A DNA stretch of 64,000 bases, from assembly GCF_000142905.1 (NCBI RefSeq), contig NW_013657673.1, forward strand, positions 186,001-250,000, in the 5' to 3' direction. This stretch comes from Thecamonas trahens ATCC 50062 (taxonomy: Eukaryota > Protista > Apusomonadida). A program made the translations under genes and the position numbers. This document shows, one piece after another, positions 58,652 to 64,000 of the stretch. Each line of letters opens with the position of its first letter. Within the stretch, counting starts at the first letter, position 1. The notes below the pieces were generated by a model. It worked only from the letters and a program-made list of their open reading frames with translations, was not told the DNA's origin and did no database searches.

Positions 58652-59658
58652 ATGCCGCTACTGACTGTATACATTCCCAAGGAGGAGCATGGCCGTATTG
58701 TTGGGCCTGGCGGCTCAGTCGCCCGCGACGTGGAGGCCGCCACGGGTGCTTCGCTCACTATCCCGCGGAGGGCCGAGGCCTCGGACGCAGTGGTCATTTC
58801 GGGGTCAGAGCCCGCTATTCAAGACGCCATCGACGCCATTGTCTCCATCCTCGGCCATGCCATCTCCGACGAGCCGCTGGTCACGCTCGAGCTCGGCATC
58901 GATCCGGGTCTCTACGGGCGCATCATCGGTCCTGGAGGCGCCGCTCTGCGTGCGCTGCAGGCCGAGAGCCACGCGCTGATCGACATTCCTCGGCGCGGGA
59001 CAGAAGGCTACGTCCGGGTTCGAGGCGACGCCGATGCCGCCGCTTCCGCGCTCCGTGGCATCCAGGCCGTCACCGGCGTGCCGCCGACCGTTGTCTCGCG
59101 CTATCCGCCGCTAGATGAAAACGAGATGGATGTGGTGGCATCGTCTTCGGGTGCAGCTGCCGCCGAGGTCAACATCCACGCCTACCCGCCTGGCGCGCTC
59201 AACCAGGTGCTTTTTTCTCGCAGCTTCCGACGAGCAACAACGACAAGACGCTCGGCCAGCTGCTCGGTGTTCTTCTCGCTGCTGAGGCCTCCATCGACGT
59301 CTGCGTCTTTACCATCACCGAGCCGCGCCTCGTCGCCGCCCTCATCAAGGCTGCTGCCCGAGGCGTCGCCGTCCGCATCATCACCGACAACGAGACGCTA
59401 ACCAACGAGGGTTCGGACATCTCGCAGCTGGCGGCGGCATCCATCCCGGTCCGCATCGACACTACGCCCGCCCATATGCACCACAAGTTTGCGGTCGTCG
59501 ACAGAGCCGTCGCCCTCACCGGCTCGTTCAACTGGACTTCGGCCGCGGCGTCGGTCAACAACGAGAACATCATCGTGAGCAACACGCCGGAGCTCGTTGT
59601 TCCGTTTGTCGACCACTTTGCCGAGCTCTGGGCCTCGTTCGACTCGTTCGGCCCGTAG
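58652..59658 (+). CDS. Tandem KH domains fused to a PLD6/Zucchini/Nuc-type single-HKD nuclease/phospholipase; -1 frameshift at the T run 59211-59216
   Basis: HGRIVGPGG and YGRIIGPGG (KH GxxG loops); VLFF, SIDVCVFTIT, RGVAVRIITD, MHHKFAVVD...TGSFNWT...NNEN. Confidence 0.85.
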
Positions 59659-59661
59659 TCT

Positions 59662-60957
59662 CTACGGCTCCATTGTCGACTCGTTCGGCACCATCGGCTG
59701 CTCGTGCTCGTCTGGAGCAACAGATCCGTTGACTGAGCTCATGCCTGAGCCCGCTGCCGACCGCGCCCGCTCGAGCGCTTCGTCAAGCTCGACAAGCTCC
59801 GAGACAGCAACAGAGATCTCGTGCGGGACGGTGTCGGTCTCGATCGCCATGCCCAGCGCCACGTTCTCGGCCTCGGTCATCTCGCCGGGCGGGCCGAGCT
59901 CCTCGGGCGCCAGCGAGTTGAGGCCAATCCACGTCCCACGGGTCGCGTCGTCGACAGCCTCGGCATCGTCCAGCGCCTTGCGATGAAAAGTGAGGCCACG
60001 CCGAAAGTCGGAAAACTGTGCCACATACGCGTCGATGTCGTCAAAGGCGGCGGTAATGATGAGGTCGAGCGGAATGGGTTCGAACCCGCTGTATTGCTCA
60101 AAGGCAGACTCCAGCCGCCGCGCCACCTCGGCAGTGCCAAAGATGACAAAGCAGGCAAAGGCCGTGAGTGCCACTGACCATCGGCCAAAGATCGGAATGA
60201 GGACGATAGGCAGCGAGAAGCAATAGAGCGTGAGCGAGACGATGAAAACTTGCGCAAACGGGAACGGGATGAACATGGCCCGCGCACGCGTCGCGCCCAT
60301 AAACGCATCCGTCAGCGCCTGTAGGTGGTTGAGCAAGTGCAACCGGTGCATGTCCGAAATGGCCGACATCGAGTGCAGCGCCTCGACCTCGATGGCCAGC
60401 CAGCCGATGATGAGCAACGAGCGTCGCGACCGCGGCGCAAGGTAGTTTGTCTCGCGTGCCGTCAGCAGCCCATCCGGCACCTCTTCCAGCTCCAGCGCCT
60501 CCGATCGCAAATGCTTGGTTGCCACAAACAGATACGCCTTGATGTACCGGACGCACCGCGCTACACTCGCGTCCGAGCCAGACGAACCCGCCACTAGAAT
60601 CTCGCGCGTCGCCGTCCGCGCCGACCGCACCATCAGCGACATGGCGGCGTAGCCCTCCATGTATCGTTGGTATGCCATGGTCGTCCGCATCACCAGAAGG
60701 AACGAGAGCAGAAATCCAAAGATGGAGTGGGCCGAGAGCGGAAGACCGACCTTGGTCTTAAACTCGGACTTGAGGACGAGGAGGACCACGTTGACCGCTA
60801 GCGTAGCAACCATAAACGGCATGATGGCCCCGAAGACAGAGCCCTGGCTAGGAAGCCATCGGTAGAACACTTCCAGATACTTGGACGGGTTGTACCTTCC
60901 CATGCCTCCCGCCCTCGTCCAAGTCGGCTGTCTCGATGACCTGCCTGTCTCCATCAT
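59662..60957 (-). CDS. Bestrophin-family anion channel (bacterial YneE / RFP-TM-like branch)
   Basis: GSVF, HSIFGFLLSFLLVMRT..AYQRY.EG, IPFPF.Q, FSLP, EVARRLESAF. Start may instead be ATG 60903. Confidence 0.8.
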   Translation of the reverse strand: MMETGRSSRQPTWTRAGGMGRYNPSKYLEVFYRWLPSQGSVFGAIMPFMVATLAVNVVLLVLKSEFKTKVGLPLSAHSIFGFLLSFLLVMRTTMAYQRYMEGYAAMSLMVRSARTATREILVAGSSGSDASVARCVRYIKAYLFVATKHLRSEALELEEVPDGLLTARETNYLAPRSRRSLLIIGWLAIEVEALHSMSAISDMHRLHLLNHLQALTDAFMGATRARAMFIPFPFAQVFIVSLTLYCFSLPIVLIPIFGRWSVALTAFACFVIFGTAEVARRLESAFEQYSGFEPIPLDLIITAAFDDIDAYVAQFSDFRRGLTFHRKALDDAEAVDDATRGTWIGLNSLAPEELGPPGEMTEAENVALGMAIETDTVPHEISVAVSELVELDEALERARSAAGSGMSSVNGSVAPDEHEQPMVPNESTMEP

Positions 60958-61399
60958 CTGGTCGCAAATCTACAGCCGATGTTGGACAATGCCGTCGCCC
61001 TCCTGACCGACCCGTCCTCCGTTTCCCACCGTACTCAGCCATCAGAGGCCAGCAGCACCAGCATGCAGCATGAGTCGTTACTGGCCACAGCGCTCCTCCA
61101 CGACAACATCCTCGCCATCGGCATCTACCGTGCTGCCAGAACTCATACCTCGCCGGTATCGTACGTCGTCACCGCGCCCGAACTCGACCTCGTGTGCAAT
61201 GGGCGCGATCGCGCCTTTGTCATCCGATGATGAGGTGTAGCAGTGGCACAGTGCCCGCTCTCGCCAGAGCCAGCCAACCAATCGCAAACGTGCCACGTGT
61301 GTCCATCCCAGCCGCAGCGCCCTCTGGCGGCAGCCGAGGCAACAAGAGCAACGGGGCCAGCCACTCCCCCTCCCCACCCCCGCACACTCGACTCTTATC

Positions 61400-62514
61400 A
61401 TGCTTGCTTGCCGTGCCCTCACTCGTGTCGGACTTGCGCTGTCGCGGCCGCTGGCGGCACGACGGGCGGCTGCGGTGGCAAGGCGCAAAGGTGGCAAGAG
61501 CCTCTGGACGGGCGCACGGGGCCGACGACGACGGCCACACCTCCTTCGTCATCCTCGTCATCGACCAAGATCATGGGGTGGATGAGGTTGACGGCTGCAC
61601 GGCGCTCGATGGGCGGAGTGGCAGGGGCCAGAGGTGGACGACTTCCACCGCTGCCGCTGCCCAAGCAGGGCGGCGTGGGAGGGGCCGGCTCGGGCGGGCC
61701 GGGCTCGGGCGGCGGTGCATGGTGGCGGCAGTGGCTCCGGCTGGGTCCGGCCAAACCGAAAAAGGTGTATCGACACGGATCGACTGAGCGGTTTCCGGGG
61801 CAAAAGCTGGTTGTGGCCTCTTTCCTCATCGGAGCCGGTGTGGTGACGGCGGCGACGTACGCCAACTACCTGGCATCGTCGGGCTCGATCCATGCTGCCG
61901 GCGAGGAGAGCGGGGTGTTTGATGCTCGCGAGGGCGATGCATACGCCATGGACTACCGCGCGCGGTCGACGTCGCGCACAACGTCGACCAAGTTGCCCGG
62001 CGACCTCCCGCCGCCGCCGGACGGCTTTCAGTGGGTCTGGGTGGCGCGCTTCGGATCGGCGCTGCTCCTGCCTGTGGGGTGGACGTACACGCCGATGCTG
62101 ACGGCCGAGTCGTCGACGCTGCTGCTGACGCGGTCACCGCTAGCACCACGGTCGTCAGGCGCACAGTACGACGTCGGGCTCTCGGTGCGTGTGGTGCGGA
62201 CGGCACCAACGTTTTACGCCGACTTTAAGCAGACGATTGCCGCCGAGTACGGGGCCGGCAACACACAGGGCCTCACGCTGGTCTCGCAGTTTGACGCCGG
62301 TGCCTCAGCCTCGCCGTATCCGTTTCTGCTGCAAGGTGCCTTGCTGCGCGACAACGTCATGGGTGCCAACTACATGAATGTGGTGTGGTACAACCGCGAG
62401 ACGCAGGCCACGTGGATCCTCATCTTTGAGGCGCCGGCTGGCGAGTGGGAGGCCGTGTGGAACGCGTTTGGCAACGTCATGTGCACCAAGCTCCGCCTCA
62501 ATCCACAGTTTTAA
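61400..62514 (+). CDS. Hypothetical protein with mitochondrial-type presequence, one TM helix and a PsbP/DcrB-like C-terminal domain; probable -1 frameshift near 61520
   Basis: MLACRALTRVGLALSRPLAARR...; TM LVVASFLIGAGVVTAATYA; LLLPVGW...WILIFEAPAGEWEAVW. Confidence 0.5.
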
Positions 62515-62522
62515 CCTCATGC

Positions 62523-63932
62523 TCAAGACAAGCCGCCAAGACCTTTCGCGCGCTTGGTCGGCGATGCGCCCGACGGGCCGGCGTCGTCGTCGTCACGTGG
62601 GCGCCGACGCTTGAACATTGAGACGATGGTCGGCTGGTTCGAGTCGAGTATTGTGGCAATGGAAGCAGTCGAGGTCGAGCGAAGGAGTGAGAGCGACGGA
62701 AGCTTGGCCGGGGCGTGCTCGTCGGGAGCGCGAAGGCGGCATGGCGCGGACAGCGTGAGTGTGATCGGGCAGTGGTCCGAACCATGGACGTCGGGCAGAA
62801 TGTCCGAGTCGGCGACAAGCTCCTCGGCGAGGAGCGACGGTGAGAGCGCAAAGTAGTCGAGACGCCAACCGTTGTTGGACGGCCGGCGGCTCTTCTTGAC
62901 CGACCACCATGTGTACTTGCGCGACTCGGTGGGATGGAAGATGCGGAAGGCATCGAGAAAGGCGCCGCCGCTGCCGACAAGCGACTCCATCCACGCCCGC
63001 TCGGCTGGGTTGAGACCCGCCTCGTGCGCCGGAGGATTGGCGTGGAAGCAGTCGATGTCGCGATGGACGACGTTAAAGTCGCCGAGGATGACGACGTGGA
63101 AGCCGGCAGAGGCCCAGGCGGTCGCAAGCGCGGCGATGAGCGCATTGAACGCGTGCTTGAACGCCACGCGCTCGCCGCCCTGGCCCACGTTGGGAAAGTA
63201 GCCGTTGCACAGCAGGATGTCCTTGTCGCTTCCGACGAGGCCGTGGCGGGTAAAGACCATGCGACCCTCGGCATCAAAGCGCGGGGCCCAGGTGTCGAGC
63301 CACTGGCGCAGTGTGGTCGGCGGCGCCGGGACGCGATCGTCGCCGTCGACGGACTCGGGCGCCGGCGACGATGCGTCCGATCCGGCCGGTGCGGCCTGGC
63401 GATCAACCTCGGCCTGCAAGCCCTCACCAGCCCAGCCGGTCGGCATGAGCGGGTGTGGAGTCATGGCAGCGTCGAGCACGTCGTCGGGCGTCCAAGCCGC
63501 GGCGGCCTTGGCAAACGAGTCAAAAGCGGCAAGGACCGATCCCGCCCGCGCCAGGGTCGCCACGCCCGAGTATCCCCCGCGAGAGGCGCAGCAGGCGTAG
63601 TATGCCTCGTAGCCCGGCGGCGCAAGCGCAGTGAGACCCGCCAGCGCAGCCAGCGACATCCGGGTCTCCTGGAGCGACAGCACGTTCGGCTCGCCGAGCT
63701 GAGTCATCAGTGCGCCGTAGTCCGAGTTGTGTCTCCGCAGCAGCGCCCGCAACCCGTTGATGTTCCACGACATGATGCGCATCGATGCGCCAGCAGAAGC
63801 ACCACTATTGACAGTGGCAGCGGCAGTGATGGCAGTGGTGGCAGTGGTGACAGTGGTGGCAGTGGTGGTGGTAGGCGGAGGGGAGGGTGCTGCTGCGGCA
63901 GAGCGCGAGCCTGGCGAGGATGGCATAGCCAT
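62523..63932 (-). CDS. AP endonuclease, ExoIII/Xth family (APE2-like)
   Basis: MSWNINGLR, LQETR, GYSGVA, DAEGR, YFPN, GDFNV, YTWW, RLDY, GSDHCP; PIP-box-like QPTIVSMF near the C-terminus. Confidence 0.92.
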   Translation of the reverse strand: MAMPSSPGSRSAAAAPSPPPTTTTATTVTTATTAITAAATVNSGASAGASMRIMSWNINGLRALLRRHNSDYGALMTQLGEPNVLSLQETRMSLAALAGLTALAPPGYEAYYACCASRGGYSGVATLARAGSVLAAFDSFAKAAAAWTPDDVLDAAMTPHPLMPTGWAGEGLQAEVDRQAAPAGSDASSPAPESVDGDDRVPAPPTTLRQWLDTWAPRFDAEGRMVFTRHGLVGSDKDILLCNGYFPNVGQGGERVAFKHAFNALIAALATAWASAGFHVVILGDFNVVHRDIDCFHANPPAHEAGLNPAERAWMESLVGSGGAFLDAFRIFHPTESRKYTWWSVKKSRRPSNNGWRLDYFALSPSLLAEELVADSDILPDVHGSDHCPITLTLSAPCRLRAPDEHAPAKLPSLSLLRSTSTASIATILDSNQPTIVSMFKRRRPRDDDDAGPSGASPTKRAKGLGGLS

Positions 63933-64000
63933 GGTGATGGAGCGGAGTCGAGTGCGTGAGAGAGAGCGTATATGTGTGTGTGTGTGTGTGGCAGTGGTAG

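Noticed and set aside
59207-59223. 17-nt GT...AG micro-intron that would also fix the KH-PLD frame
   Set aside because: Much shorter than the other introns here (80-320 nt), non-consensus donor, and it would delete the conserved VLFF motif.
1-64000. Widespread pseudogenisation, a prokaryotic operon/defence island, or tRNA/rRNA genes
   Set aside because: Frameshifted genes are otherwise intact, spliceosomal introns and eukaryote-specific genes are interspersed throughout, and no structural RNA gene was recognisable by eye.

Overview
GC-rich, very gene-dense eukaryotic nuclear DNA with short GT-AG introns (donors GTACGC/GTATGT/GTAAGT) and intergenic gaps of 0-300 bp. The gene mix (H+-PPase, Arpin, condensin II, Rho, NDUFS4, Bdp1) suggests a free-living heterotrophic protist; an apusomonad such as Thecamonas is my inference, not something the sequence proves. 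About 30 protein genes can be reconstructed. Many are split by single-base deletions: all 17 frameshifts I could resolve are -1 and nearly all sit in short homopolymers, so they are most likely assembly errors. Highlights: (1) a KH-KH + Zucchini/PLD6-type nuclease fusion (58652-59658); (2) a ~2,950-aa membrane-anchored GH114/PelA-like glycoside hydrolase with CARDB, CBM9/DOMON-like repeats and a Ser-Pro stalk (5797-14643); (3) a bacterial CybB/superoxide-oxidase-type cytochrome b561 with a mitochondrial-type presequence (37980-38783); (4) a MavL/DUF4804-like macrodomain protein; (5) a perfect 90-bp nested palindrome with TG...CA ends and a 5-bp target-site duplication (39491-39580), next to a piggyBac transposase relic absent from the ORF track; (6) a head-to-head pair of related multi-TM receptor-like genes; (7) a Ras-like GTPase-RhoGAP fusion. 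There is a 100-N gap at 45429-45528. All family calls are from motif recognition, not database searches.
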